NCBI GenBank assembly: GCA_963710755.1
Contig: CAVQBK010000003.1
Span: 800,001 to 864,000 of the forward strand
Source of the DNA: an uncultured bacterium
GTDB taxonomy: Bacteria > Oederibacteriota > JAAXVQ01 > JAUVAV01
Direction of reading: 5' to 3'
Length of the DNA: 64,000 nucleotides
This document shows positions 40,535 to 50,055 of the stretch, in pieces. Made by a program: the position numbers and the translations under genes. The notes beneath the pieces are model-generated. The model did no database searches, was not told the origin of the DNA, and saw only the letters and a list, made by a program, of their open reading frames with translations. Numbering within the stretch: position 1 is the first letter of the stretch; every line of letters starts with the position of its first letter.

Positions 40535-42666
40535 GTGAACAGCCCTTGATTTTTTCATTGGATATCGGCACCCGCAAAGTGGCGGGGGTGGTGCTGACCA
40601 GGACGGCGGAAGGATTGAGCGTGCTGGCCGCGGATATGCTCGAGCACCCGGACCGGGCCATGCTTGACGGCCAAGTGCACAAGGTTGAAGCCGTGGCCCA
40701 AGTGGTGCGCCAGCTTAAAGCTTCCCTGGAAAAGCAACTGGGACGGCCTTTAACCACAGCTTGTGTGGCAGCTGCCGGACGGGCGCTGCTCACCGAGTCC
40801 TTCGAGAAAAAAATTAACTTTCCCTACCCAACGGAAATCACCCGACCGGAAGTACGGGCCTTGGAGCTGTCTGCAGCCCGGGGCGCTCAAGCTGCCTTAC
40901 AAGCCAAAGAAAAAAACTACCAACTCCACTGCGTGGGTTATTCCACGGTGCATTACCAACTGGACGGTGAGATCATCGAGGATCTGGTTGGGCATCAGGC
41001 CAAAAGCATCAGCGCCAAAGTCATTGCCACCTTTTTGCCGCGGCAAGTGGTGGATGCGCTCCTGACGGTATTGCGTCAAGCCGGGCTGGAAGCAGAACAA
41101 CTGACCTTGGAGCCTATTGCCGCTATCGAGGCCACTATTCCTCAGGATTTACGACGTATGAATCTGGCGCTGGTTGATATTGGCGCCGGCACGTCCGATA
41201 TTGCCCTGACCCGGGAAGGATCGGTGTTTGCTTATGATATGGTCACCATTGCCGGTGATGAAGTTACCGAGTACTTGAGCGATCACTATTTATTGGAGTT
41301 TCACGAAGCAGAGCGGGTAAAACGAGCGTTGCTGCTTACCGATAGTCCGACCATCAGGTTCCAAACCTTACTGGGACAGGAACAGGAGCTTGCCAAACAG
41401 GAAATGATCGCGACCTTGGAACCGGCGGTCAACCGCTTGGCCGAAGCCATTGGTCAGGGGATCTTAAAACTCAATGAGCAACCCCCTCGGGCGGTGATCA
41501 TGGTAGGCGGTGGAAGCGGCACACCCAACCTGGGTCCGGCCTTGGCCCGCTTGCTGCAGGTTGACCCGCACCGCATTGGGGTGAGGGGGCCGCAAACCAT
41601 TACCAGTATTAAAAATAGGCCGGCCAACATGGCAGGCATTGAATGGGTGACGCCCATGGGTATTGGCCTGATTGCCGCCCAAGACCAGGGCTTGCGCTTT
41701 AAAAAAATTAAGGTTAATGACCGCTGGGTGCAGTTATTGGCACTCCACGATCATACCACCCTATTTGATGCCTTGCTGGCCGCAGGCCACGATGCTAAAC
41801 ACCTAGTGGCCCGGCCGGGCCGGGCGGTGACCTACACAGTGGATGGCCAATTCATGAGTTTGCCCGGCGCACCGGGCCAGCCGGCGGAGCTCACAGTCAA
41901 TGGACAGATAGCCAATTTGGACACGCCGCTGCCGGAGGATGCAGTCATTAAGGTGACAGAAGCCCAACCAGGACAGGACGCTGAACTGACCACGGCCATG
42001 ATCCGCCAACCTCAGGGCCAGAGTTTTTGTCTTATTAATCAGGTTCAAGTGCCACTGACGCTGGCCTTATTTGACCATGACCAGCCGGTGGACCACAAGC
42101 AACCTATTGCCGACCGGGCGGTCCTGCAATGGCGCAGCGCTCAATCTCTGGAAGCTTTGGTGCCGGAATTAAGGCAGCGGTTGGACCAAGAACGGCAAAT
42201 GACCATCAAGATCAACGGCCAGGAACGCAAACTAAAAGAGTCCAAAGTGACGATCATGAAAGACGGCCGGCCTTTGGAGACCAATTACCATCCCTGTCCT
42301 GGCGACCGTATTGTCTGGCAGGTGGAAGAAGAGAAAAAAATGGTGCTGCGCGAACTGGTGGAAACCCTGCCCCAACGCCAGACCATCACCGTCACCCTTA
42401 ACGGCGAACCCAAGGTGATTGATGCCGGCGGCAGCAAAATTCTCATCAACGGACAGGTGGCGGCTCATCCTGCTGTTGATCTTCAGGACCGCGATGAGGT
42501 GCGCGTGGAACATGTTCCCGGAGCACCGCCGCTATTGTCCCAAGTGCTCGAAGGCCTGACCCCACCGCCGCAAGCGGGGCCTATTAAAATCAAGGTCAAC
42601 GGCCAAGCCGCCGGATTTGCCACGCCCTTGGAAGACGGCGCTAAAATCGAAATTTCTTTTGGATAA
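40531..42666 (+). CDS. Long FtsA/PilM-family actin-like ATPase with C-terminal ubiquitin-like (beta-grasp) repeats
   Basis: SLDIGTRKV, LEPIAA, VDIGAGTSDI and VGGGS motifs, plus a ~320 aa tail with repeated VNG..L.DG-like motifs. Confidence 0.85.
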   Translation: MSEQPLIFSLDIGTRKVAGVVLTRTAEGLSVLAADMLEHPDRAMLDGQVHKVEAVAQVVRQLKASLEKQLGRPLTTACVAAAGRALLTESFEKKINFPYPTEITRPEVRALELSAARGAQAALQAKEKNYQLHCVGYSTVHYQLDGEIIEDLVGHQAKSISAKVIATFLPRQVVDALLTVLRQAGLEAEQLTLEPIAAIEATIPQDLRRMNLALVDIGAGTSDIALTREGSVFAYDMVTIAGDEVTEYLSDHYLLEFHEAERVKRALLLTDSPTIRFQTLLGQEQELAKQEMIATLEPAVNRLAEAIGQGILKLNEQPPRAVIMVGGGSGTPNLGPALARLLQVDPHRIGVRGPQTITSIKNRPANMAGIEWVTPMGIGLIAAQDQGLRFKKIKVNDRWVQLLALHDHTTLFDALLAAGHDAKHLVARPGRAVTYTVDGQFMSLPGAPGQPAELTVNGQIANLDTPLPEDAVIKVTEAQPGQDAELTTAMIRQPQGQSFCLINQVQVPLTLALFDHDQPVDHKQPIADRAVLQWRSAQSLEALVPELRQRLDQERQMTIKINGQERKLKESKVTIMKDGRPLETNYHPCPGDRIVWQVEEEKKMVLRELVETLPQRQTITVTLNGEPKVIDAGGSKILINGQVAAHPAVDLQDRDEVRVEHVPGAPPLLSQVLEGLTPPPQAGPIKIKVNGQAAGFATPLEDGAKIEISFG

Positions 42667-42672
42667 CTGTTA

Positions 42673-43767
42673 ATGACTGATGACCAATTGGCACTCATTG
42701 CCCTCAACCGGATCGAGGGTCTGGGACCCACCACTATCCATCGTTTGTGCACCCACTTTCAGAATCCCCAAGCTGTTTTCGATGCGTCTTTTACCGACTT
42801 GATCAGCCTGCCTCATGTCAATGAAAACGTGGCTAAGCGTTTGCTGCACGAAGATTGGCGGTATCAGGCCATGAGGGAGTTGGAAAAGGCCGAAGACCAA
42901 CAATGTCATATCCTGACCTGGGACCATCCCGACTATCCCAGGCTGCTTAAGGCCGTGGACTTTCCCCCGCCCGTGATCTATGTGAAAGGCCGCCTGGCGG
43001 CTGAAGATCATCAGGCGTTGGCCTTAGTGGGTTGCCGCAAACCCACAGCCTATGGTCAGCAGGCAGCCAAATCCTTTACCAAAGCACTGGTTAAAGCGGG
43101 GTTCACCATTGTCTCCGGTTTGGCTTATGGCATTGACCGGGTGGCCCATGAAACCGCGCTGGAACAGGGCGGCCGAACCCTAGCCGTTGTAGCCCATGGG
43201 GTGGATGGCCTTTACCCACAAGCCCATCGCAGCTTACGGGATACCATCATTACCCAAGGTGCCGTTATTTCCGAATTTCCTTTGGGTACACCGGCCTTGG
43301 CGCAACATTTTCCCAGACGCAACCGCCTTATCAGTGGTCTGGCACAAGGCGTGTTGGTTATAGAAGCAGCCCAGCGCTCAGGAGCGTTGATTACCGCCAA
43401 ATGGGCGGGAGAGCAAGGCCGGGAAGTGTTTGCTTTGCCGGGCCCCTATTTTTCCGCCCAATCCCAAGGTTGCCATAATCTGATTGCAGACGGGGCCAAA
43501 CTGGTCACCTCTCTTAAAGATATTGTGGGAGAACTGCCGGCTGTTCCCATAGCCCCACCTCAACCATCGCCTGAGTCCGCGGAACCAGTCCCTTTAGGAG
43601 AACAGGAAGCCGCCATTGTGCATCTGCTGCAGGTCCAACCCTTACATATTGATCAACTAAGCCAACACCTGGAGTGCCCGGTACAGGACCTTTTTGCAAA
43701 CCTTTTGACTTTGGAACTCAAAGGGATTATCATTGGCCGTCCGGGACAACACTACCAGCTTGCCTGA
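42673..43767 (+). CDS. dprA: DNA-processing protein DprA
   Basis: IVSGLAYGID, FPRRNRLISG and SGALITA motifs, with a C-terminal wHTH (LELKG). Confidence 0.96.
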   Translation: MTDDQLALIALNRIEGLGPTTIHRLCTHFQNPQAVFDASFTDLISLPHVNENVAKRLLHEDWRYQAMRELEKAEDQQCHILTWDHPDYPRLLKAVDFPPPVIYVKGRLAAEDHQALALVGCRKPTAYGQQAAKSFTKALVKAGFTIVSGLAYGIDRVAHETALEQGGRTLAVVAHGVDGLYPQAHRSLRDTIITQGAVISEFPLGTPALAQHFPRRNRLISGLAQGVLVIEAAQRSGALITAKWAGEQGREVFALPGPYFSAQSQGCHNLIADGAKLVTSLKDIVGELPAVPIAPPQPSPESAEPVPLGEQEAAIVHLLQVQPLHIDQLSQHLECPVQDLFANLLTLELKGIIIGRPGQHYQLA

Positions 43768-43797
43768 GTCTATCGTTTGTGTCGAAAGGACCAATCC

Positions 43798-44568
43798 ATG
43801 TCCATGCGGTTTGTCATGATTATACTATTGGCGGGCGTCGGCTTGCTGGCCGGGACCGTGAACAGTCATGCGCAGCTTACGGCTGGCGCCGGTATGGCTT
43901 ATGAAATCAGCAAATTGTCGGTGATAGACGAAAGTGACCGCTATTTCCACACCCTGCTGCAAAGCACGTTGATCATGGCCTCGGTGACTTATGAGCAGCC
44001 GGCTTTGGCCCTGGAGCTGCAAGGCGGCTGGTCTGATTGGAATGTGAGCGGTGACTGGCAGGGCACTAATGTGGCCCAAACCAGTACGGACCTACTGGGT
44101 TGGCTGGCCCAGCAGCAAATGGCCTTAAAGGCCGTGGTTAGACCATGGTCCAATGTTTATGTTGGCGCCAGAGTGGAAGACATCCGGCAGCGTCATTACT
44201 CGGGACAGGATGATATCACCTTTTTGACGCTTCACAGCCTGGCCTGGGAAATGCTTGCTGGCTGGGAATGGTTTCACTATAAAGGAGTTCACCTGTCTTC
44301 GGAACTGGGGTTTGCCCCGCAAGGCCGGTTATGGGTGGGCCAGAACACGCATATCCCCCTTCAGGAATTTGCCCTTCACGAGTATAGTGAGGCCGCCCGC
44401 TTTAATCGCCTGCGCGGGACTATGGCCATGATCTATGATGACAGCGAAGGCTGGAGATTAGCGCTGGCTTATACTTTGGACTACAGCCAAGCCCAGCAGC
44501 TGAACAGGCTTAAGTCGTTGTCTGTACGTCATGGCCAATTGCGGGCATTATTCTCCCTCAAGTTTTAA
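43798..44568 (+). CDS. Putative outer-membrane beta-barrel protein
   Basis: Signal peptide (..SHA|Q), alternating aromatic/hydrophobic strands, C-terminal Phe (LFSLKF). Confidence 0.6.
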   Translation: MSMRFVMIILLAGVGLLAGTVNSHAQLTAGAGMAYEISKLSVIDESDRYFHTLLQSTLIMASVTYEQPALALELQGGWSDWNVSGDWQGTNVAQTSTDLLGWLAQQQMALKAVVRPWSNVYVGARVEDIRQRHYSGQDDITFLTLHSLAWEMLAGWEWFHYKGVHLSSELGFAPQGRLWVGQNTHIPLQEFALHEYSEAARFNRLRGTMAMIYDDSEGWRLALAYTLDYSQAQQLNRLKSLSVRHGQLRALFSLKF

Positions 44569-44571
44569 TAC

Positions 44572-44694
44572 AATTCCATTCACCCCGGGCTTGCCCCGGG
44601 ACGAACCGCAGACTTATTCAGAGGAAAAACAAATGGTTATTTCCATCATTATTACTGCTTAAATAGAAAATCCTCAGGGCAAATCGCGGGAATT
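44572..44694. repeat. Degenerate REPIN-like pair (CCCGGGCTTGCCCCGGG type)
   Basis: Palindrome at 44584-44600 with a decayed partner (CCTCAGGGCAAATCGCGGG) at 44672-44690, bracketed by AATTCC/GGAATT. Confidence 0.4.
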
Positions 44695-44855
44695 TTAAAA
44701 CACCTCAAAAAATTGCCATCTTTGGTTAAAAAAATCATGAAAACAACCGAGCTTATTATAATGAAGCCCAATGGGCGCCCATAACCTGGCATGGCTGTTG
44801 GCAAGTGCTTTATTTTGACACGACGCTAGCCAACAGGGCCTTTCCGGCCTTTCTG

Positions 44856-44885
44856 TTGACATGAAAAGGGAGCTGTGCTTAAATT
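44856..44885 (+). promoter_or_regulatory. Putative sigma70 promoter of topA
   Basis: TTGACA-N18-TAAATT. Confidence 0.55.
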
Positions 44886-44915
44886 AGGGCCATATTTTAT
44901 AGATAGGATCGTTTT

Positions 44916-47213
44916 ATGGCAAAGCATCTGGTTATTGTGGAATCCCCAGCCAAAGCGAAAACCATCAACAAGTTTCTGGGGAAAAATTATCTTGTCAAAG
45001 CCTCCATGGGCCATGTTCGTGATTTACCCAAAAGTAAACTCGGCGTGGACGTTGAAGATCACTTCAAACCTCACTATATTACCATCCGGTCCAGATCGAA
45101 AATTTTAAAAGAATTAAAACGCATGGCCAACACAGCTCAACATATATACCTGGCCGCTGACCCGGACCGGGAAGGGGAGGCCATTTCCTGGCACCTGAGC
45201 AAAGAATTGCAAACCGCCAAAAATCAGGTACACCGGGTGATGTTTAATGAAATCACTAAAAAAACGGTATTGGAAGCCATTCAAAAACCTCTGGAGATCA
45301 ACCAAAATATGGTTAATGCCCAGCAGGCTCGTCGTATTCTGGATCGTCTGGTGGGATACAGCATCTCGCCTTTATTATGGAAAAAGGTGAGAAAAGGTCT
45401 TTCCGCCGGTCGGGTGCAATCCGTCACGGTCCGGCTGGTGGTGAACCGCGAGCGTGAAATCGAGGCCTTCTTGCCCAAGGAATATTGGAAAATCGATGTG
45501 CTTCTGGAAACCGAGGACAAGGCCTCGTTGCTGTCCCATGTTACTCACGTGGGGGAGCAGAAAATCGACATTGACAATGGAACCGACGCCCAAGCTGTGG
45601 TGGAAACACTTAACACCGCGGCCTATCGGGTGTCCCATATTGAGAAAAAAGAACAGAGACGAAAACCACCGGCGCCTTTTATCACCAGTAAATTACAACA
45701 GGAAGCTGCCAGCAAACTTCACTTTACCGCCAAAAAAACCATGATGGTGGCTCAGCAACTGTACGAAGGCTTGGAAATCGGCCAGGATGGACCGGTGGGG
45801 TTGATCACTTATATGCGCACCGACTCCATGCGTGTTAACGAGGAAGCGCAGACTCAAGCGCGGGCCTATATCAGCGAGCACTACGGCGCGGATTTTGTGC
45901 CGGAAAAACCGCCGGTGTATAAATCCAAGAAACAAATCCAGGATGCCCATGAAGCTATTCGTCCCTCCACGCCCAGTGCGGACTATACGCCCGACAGTCT
46001 TAAACAATACCTTAGCCACGATCAATACCGGTTGTATAAATTGATTTGGCAACGATTTTTAGCCTCCCAAATGACACCGGCCGTGTTTGATGCCACTACC
46101 GTGGACATTGAGGCTGGTCATGTTCGGCTGCGCACAACAGGGTCTATTTTGAAATTCAAGGGCTTTACCACGGTCTATATGGAAACCGCCGCCGAAGGCC
46201 AGGAGGAAGCGCAAGACAACCAGGACAGCCACCTGCCTGATCTGCAACAGGGTCAGGCGCTCTTTTTATTGGAAATTAAACCGGAACAAAAATTCACCCA
46301 ACCGCCGCCGCGCTATAATGATGCCAGTCTGGTCAAGGCCTTGGAGGAAAACAATATCGGAAGGCCCAGCACCTATGCTCCTATTATCAGCACCATTCTG
46401 GACCGTGATTATGTGGAGCGCCGGGAAGGCCGTTTCTTCCCGACCGAGCTGGGCATGATCATCAATGATCTGCTGGTGGAACATTTCCCCGATATCCTGG
46501 ATGTGGAATTCACAGCCGCCATGGAGAATAACCTGGACAGCATTGAAGAAGGCCAGGCTCAGTGGGATCAAGTGCTCGCTCAATTTTACCAGTCTTTCAA
46601 GCTGGAATTGGACAAGGCCCAGGAGGAGATGAAAAATATCAAATCCAAGGTGGAAGTGGAGCTGGAGCAGCGTTGTGAAAAATGCGGCTCTCCTTTAACG
46701 GTAAAGTGGGGACGTCATGGTAAATTCATTGCCTGCACCAATTACCCTGCCTGCAAAAATACCAAACCCATGGCGGTAGATGATCAGGGCAAGATCGTGG
46801 TCAAGGAAGAAGAAACCGTGGAGGAAACCTGTGAAAAATGCGGTTCGCCACTGGTGGCTAAATACGGCCGTTTTGGCCGTTTTCTGGCCTGCAGCCGATA
46901 TCCGGAATGCAAGTTTACCAAGGCCATCAATCAGGAAATCGGGGTAGCTTGCCCCAAGCCGGACTGCGGCGGTCAAATCATTGAACGACGCAGTAAAAAA
47001 GGCAGACTGTTTTATGGCTGCAGCCATTACCCCAAGTGCGACTTTGTGTCCTGGGACCGTCCTGTGCCTCAGGCCTGCCCGGTGTGCGGGCAGGCTTATG
47101 TGGTGGAAAAATATTCCAAAAAAACAGGTAAGACTATCCAATGTCCGGCAGAGGGTTGTGATTATAAAGTGGCGCTCAATCCGGAAACTCCTTCGCAAGG
47201 ACAATCGACATGA
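44916..47213 (+). CDS. topA: DNA topoisomerase I with four C-terminal zinc ribbons
   Basis: IVESPAKAKTI, DPDREGE, SAGRVQS, ITYMRTD and GRPSTY motifs, plus four C4 repeats. Confidence 0.98.
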   Translation: MAKHLVIVESPAKAKTINKFLGKNYLVKASMGHVRDLPKSKLGVDVEDHFKPHYITIRSRSKILKELKRMANTAQHIYLAADPDREGEAISWHLSKELQTAKNQVHRVMFNEITKKTVLEAIQKPLEINQNMVNAQQARRILDRLVGYSISPLLWKKVRKGLSAGRVQSVTVRLVVNREREIEAFLPKEYWKIDVLLETEDKASLLSHVTHVGEQKIDIDNGTDAQAVVETLNTAAYRVSHIEKKEQRRKPPAPFITSKLQQEAASKLHFTAKKTMMVAQQLYEGLEIGQDGPVGLITYMRTDSMRVNEEAQTQARAYISEHYGADFVPEKPPVYKSKKQIQDAHEAIRPSTPSADYTPDSLKQYLSHDQYRLYKLIWQRFLASQMTPAVFDATTVDIEAGHVRLRTTGSILKFKGFTTVYMETAAEGQEEAQDNQDSHLPDLQQGQALFLLEIKPEQKFTQPPPRYNDASLVKALEENNIGRPSTYAPIISTILDRDYVERREGRFFPTELGMIINDLLVEHFPDILDVEFTAAMENNLDSIEEGQAQWDQVLAQFYQSFKLELDKAQEEMKNIKSKVEVELEQRCEKCGSPLTVKWGRHGKFIACTNYPACKNTKPMAVDDQGKIVVKEEETVEETCEKCGSPLVAKYGRFGRFLACSRYPECKFTKAINQEIGVACPKPDCGGQIIERRSKKGRLFYGCSHYPKCDFVSWDRPVPQACPVCGQAYVVEKYSKKTGKTIQCPAEGCDYKVALNPETPSQGQST

Positions 47214-48367
47214 GCGCTCTTAAACTGCCCGCGCTTCGTCCCATCGTGGAGAACATTCCCCTTCAGACCGCCAAACTGGACCGGATTTTAGCGGAGAGTC
47301 AGAGCCGGGTGGCCAGCTATCTCGATATCCGTTATCAAGACTGCCAGGAAATTATTTTCCTACTTGGCGGCAAAGCCGTTAAAGCCGGCCGCTTCAGCAG
47401 CAAGGACAACAGCCGCATGAGCTTGAATGTCAAGGATGCCCTGCAGCGCTTGAAGCAGCAGGAAGACGGTATGATCCACTTTTATGAAATCTCCAAAGTG
47501 CTGATGGTGGTCATCCTGGGGACTTTTGTGTTCAAACCCACCCATGCTAAATTAAAAAGCAAGCTCATTGATTTTCACAGCCTGCTCGAATTGCTGGCGC
47601 GCAAGCATTTTATAGGTTATTTGGAATTGAAGACCCGTACAGGTCTTAATTATCTGACCTTTTTTAACGGCCAGGCGCGGGACGGTTACTTTGCCGATGA
47701 TGTCAGTGCTTTGCAGGATAAGAAACCTGCGGAGATCATTGCCGCTTTGGTGGAACAGTCGGATGAAAAAGGTGAGATCAATGTTTTTGAATCCGTGGGG
47801 GAGGAAGAATTGCATGACCATGGTCGCGGTGCCTCTCCTGAAGAAAGACCACAAATGCAAGGCCCGGCTGCCACTCCCTATGCTGATGTGGAAAGTACGG
47901 ATCAGTACGCGGCAGAGATGGTCGACCTCTGTGTGGTGGCCATCTTTGAAGAACTCTTTCGGCTTATGGTCACAATCAGTGCCCGCCAGCTGCCGGCCAC
48001 GGCCATTGACACCTTGTTCATGGAATGTCTTAAAAACGCCACGTTAAAGCATGCCACCTTGTTACGGGGAGCCGGCACCAAGGAGGATGGCGCTTTGTTG
48101 CCCACGGGGCTCATTAATTTTGAACGCTTGCTTAAATCCAAGGACAAATTGCCTTCCACGACCAGGGAAAAGGATTTTATGGAAGGGCTGACGGACCTGA
48201 CGGCTTTTCGCCTGACGGCCATGCAACGCGAACTGGAACCATCGCTTTTCCAGCAGGGGGTGGACGAGTTGCGGTCCAAACTGACAGGCTTTCGCAAGAA
48301 TTATCAAGGCAACTATGCCATTACTAAATATATCGACGCCTTGACCCGCCTATTCGACCAGTTGTAA
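47210..48367 (+). CDS. Hypothetical protein with a tandem duplicated N-terminal domain (DUF4388/PATAN-like)
   Basis: Two repeats (SYLDIRY..IIFLLGG and FIGYLEL..LTFFNG) and a helical C-terminus; ATGA overlap with topA. Confidence 0.6.
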   Translation: MSALKLPALRPIVENIPLQTAKLDRILAESQSRVASYLDIRYQDCQEIIFLLGGKAVKAGRFSSKDNSRMSLNVKDALQRLKQQEDGMIHFYEISKVLMVVILGTFVFKPTHAKLKSKLIDFHSLLELLARKHFIGYLELKTRTGLNYLTFFNGQARDGYFADDVSALQDKKPAEIIAALVEQSDEKGEINVFESVGEEELHDHGRGASPEERPQMQGPAATPYADVESTDQYAAEMVDLCVVAIFEELFRLMVTISARQLPATAIDTLFMECLKNATLKHATLLRGAGTKEDGALLPTGLINFERLLKSKDKLPSTTREKDFMEGLTDLTAFRLTAMQRELEPSLFQQGVDELRSKLTGFRKNYQGNYAITKYIDALTRLFDQL

Positions 48368-48376
48368 AATCACGCT

Positions 48377-49246
48377 ATGGCTGATACCAATCCGCATGTC
48401 ACTGCTTTTCTGGACTACCTGCAAAGCGGCCGCAATGCATCTGCCCATACCTTGCGCGCTTACAAGCAGGATTTGTCTACCTTCGCCGGTTTTGCAGCAG
48501 ACCAGTTTCCCCATCAGGTGACCTACAAAGTCGTGAGAGCTTATCTGGCCTGGTGCCGTGATCAACAACTGTCACGCCGCACCATCAATCGCCGTTTGGC
48601 GGCCGTGCGCGCTTTTTATGGTTATTTGAAACGGCAAGGCCTCAGGCCGGACAATCCGGGCAAGGGCGTACAATCACCGAAAGGCACGCATGAGTTACCT
48701 AAATTCATTGATCAAGAGACCATTACCGCACTTATGCAGGCGCCCAATCAAACCGGGCGGGGCAAAAGAGACCGCGCCATTTTGGAGACCATTTATTCCA
48801 CCGGCATGCGTTTGTCTGAATTGGCCGGCCTGCAGCTGCAGGATATTGATTTTACCAGCGGCTTGGTGCGGGTCATGGGTAAACGCCGCAAGGAGCGACT
48901 TGTGCCCATTGGCCGTCCGGCTATGGAAGCGTTGAAAGCCTACTTTGCCGTACAGCCTCCTCAATCGCACCAGACCTTATTTAAAAATGCCCGGGGCGGA
49001 CCCTTGACAGGTCGCAGTGTGGAACGGTTGTTTGCCAAATACATTGCCCGGGTCAGCCGTACTCAGGGCCTTTCACCCCATAGCCTGCGCCATAGTTTTG
49101 CCACCCATCTGTTGGACAATGGGGCTGACTTACGGGCTGTGCAGGAGCTGCTCGGCCATGCCGGCTTGGGCACCACCCAAATTTATACTCACGTGACGCC
49201 GGAAAAATTAAAATCTGCCTACAAAAAAGCACATCCGCGTGCATAA
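48377..49246 (+). CDS. xerC: Tyrosine recombinase XerC
   Basis: TGMRLSE, HSLRHSFATH, LLGH and TQIYTHV motifs; topA..hslV context. Confidence 0.9.
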   Translation: MADTNPHVTAFLDYLQSGRNASAHTLRAYKQDLSTFAGFAADQFPHQVTYKVVRAYLAWCRDQQLSRRTINRRLAAVRAFYGYLKRQGLRPDNPGKGVQSPKGTHELPKFIDQETITALMQAPNQTGRGKRDRAILETIYSTGMRLSELAGLQLQDIDFTSGLVRVMGKRRKERLVPIGRPAMEALKAYFAVQPPQSHQTLFKNARGGPLTGRSVERLFAKYIARVSRTQGLSPHSLRHSFATHLLDNGADLRAVQELLGHAGLGTTQIYTHVTPEKLKSAYKKAHPRA

Positions 49247-49515
49247 TTTCAAAAAATAGGGTACAATAACAAATCGGCCTTGGCCGGGGTCTTTTATTTT
49301 TGTGGCGATTATTGAAGGTGAAAATTTATTTGAGGTAGGCGTTAATTTTTTGCGGAAGAAATTATTTCCAGGTACGGATACGCGTCGCTTACTTTATATA
49401 TAACGAATCGGTTAAATGATAGAAGATTTCAGAGGGGTAAGGCTTACTGAGCCCCTATACACGGTCTTTAAGTGTAAAAAACATCAGAACGACTTAAGGA
49501 AAAGAAAGAAGGATA

Positions 49516-50055
49516 ATGATGGACTATACTTTTCATGCCACCACGATTGTATGTGCGCGCCGTGACGGCAAAGTGGCCATGGCCGGTGATGGGCAAGTCA
49601 CCATGGGCAATACCAAGATGAAGAAAAAAGCGGAAAAAGTCAGGCGCCTGAAGAACAACAAAGTGCTGGCCGGTTTTGCCGGTTCGGCGGCGGATGCCTT
49701 TACCTTGTTTGAAAAATTCGAAGAGAAATTGGAGCAATACCGCGGCAATTTGGTGCGCGCCGCCGTGGAATTAGCCAAAGACTGGCGCATGGACAAGATG
49801 TTGCGCCGTCTGGAAGCCCTCCTACTCATCGCCGACCAGGAAAGAACCCTGATTGTGGGTGGGTCGGGCGACGTGATCGAACCGGACGAACCGGTGGCGG
49901 CCATTGGTTCGGGCGGACCCTATGCCCTGGCAGCAGGCAAAGCCTTGTTGGAAGAGACCGACTTAACTGCCCGGGCCATAGCGGAAAAGGCTATGAACAT
50001 TGCCGCTGATATTTGTATTTATACCAATAAGGAAATTACGGTGGAAGAATTATGA
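49516..50055 (+). CDS. hslV: ATP-dependent protease subunit HslV
   Basis: [20 protein letters not shown] and IGSGG motifs. Confidence 0.97.
   Translation: MMDYTFHATTIVCARRDGKVAMAGDGQVTMGNTKMKKKAEKVRRLKNNKVLAGFAGSAADAFTLFEKFEEKLEQYRGNLVRAAVELAKDWRMDKMLRRLEALLLIADQERTLIVGGSGDVIEPDEPVAAIGSGGPYALAAGKALLEETDLTARAIAEKAMNIAADICIYTNKEITVEEL

Noticed and set aside
48377-49246. Tyrosine recombinase as a phage or island integrase
   Set aside because: Its size, motifs and topA..hslV context indicate chromosomal XerC; no att repeats or cargo.
49235-49415. dif-like site downstream of xerC (GCGTGCATAA...)
   Set aside because: No TTATGTTAAA XerD arm at the correct 6-bp spacing.
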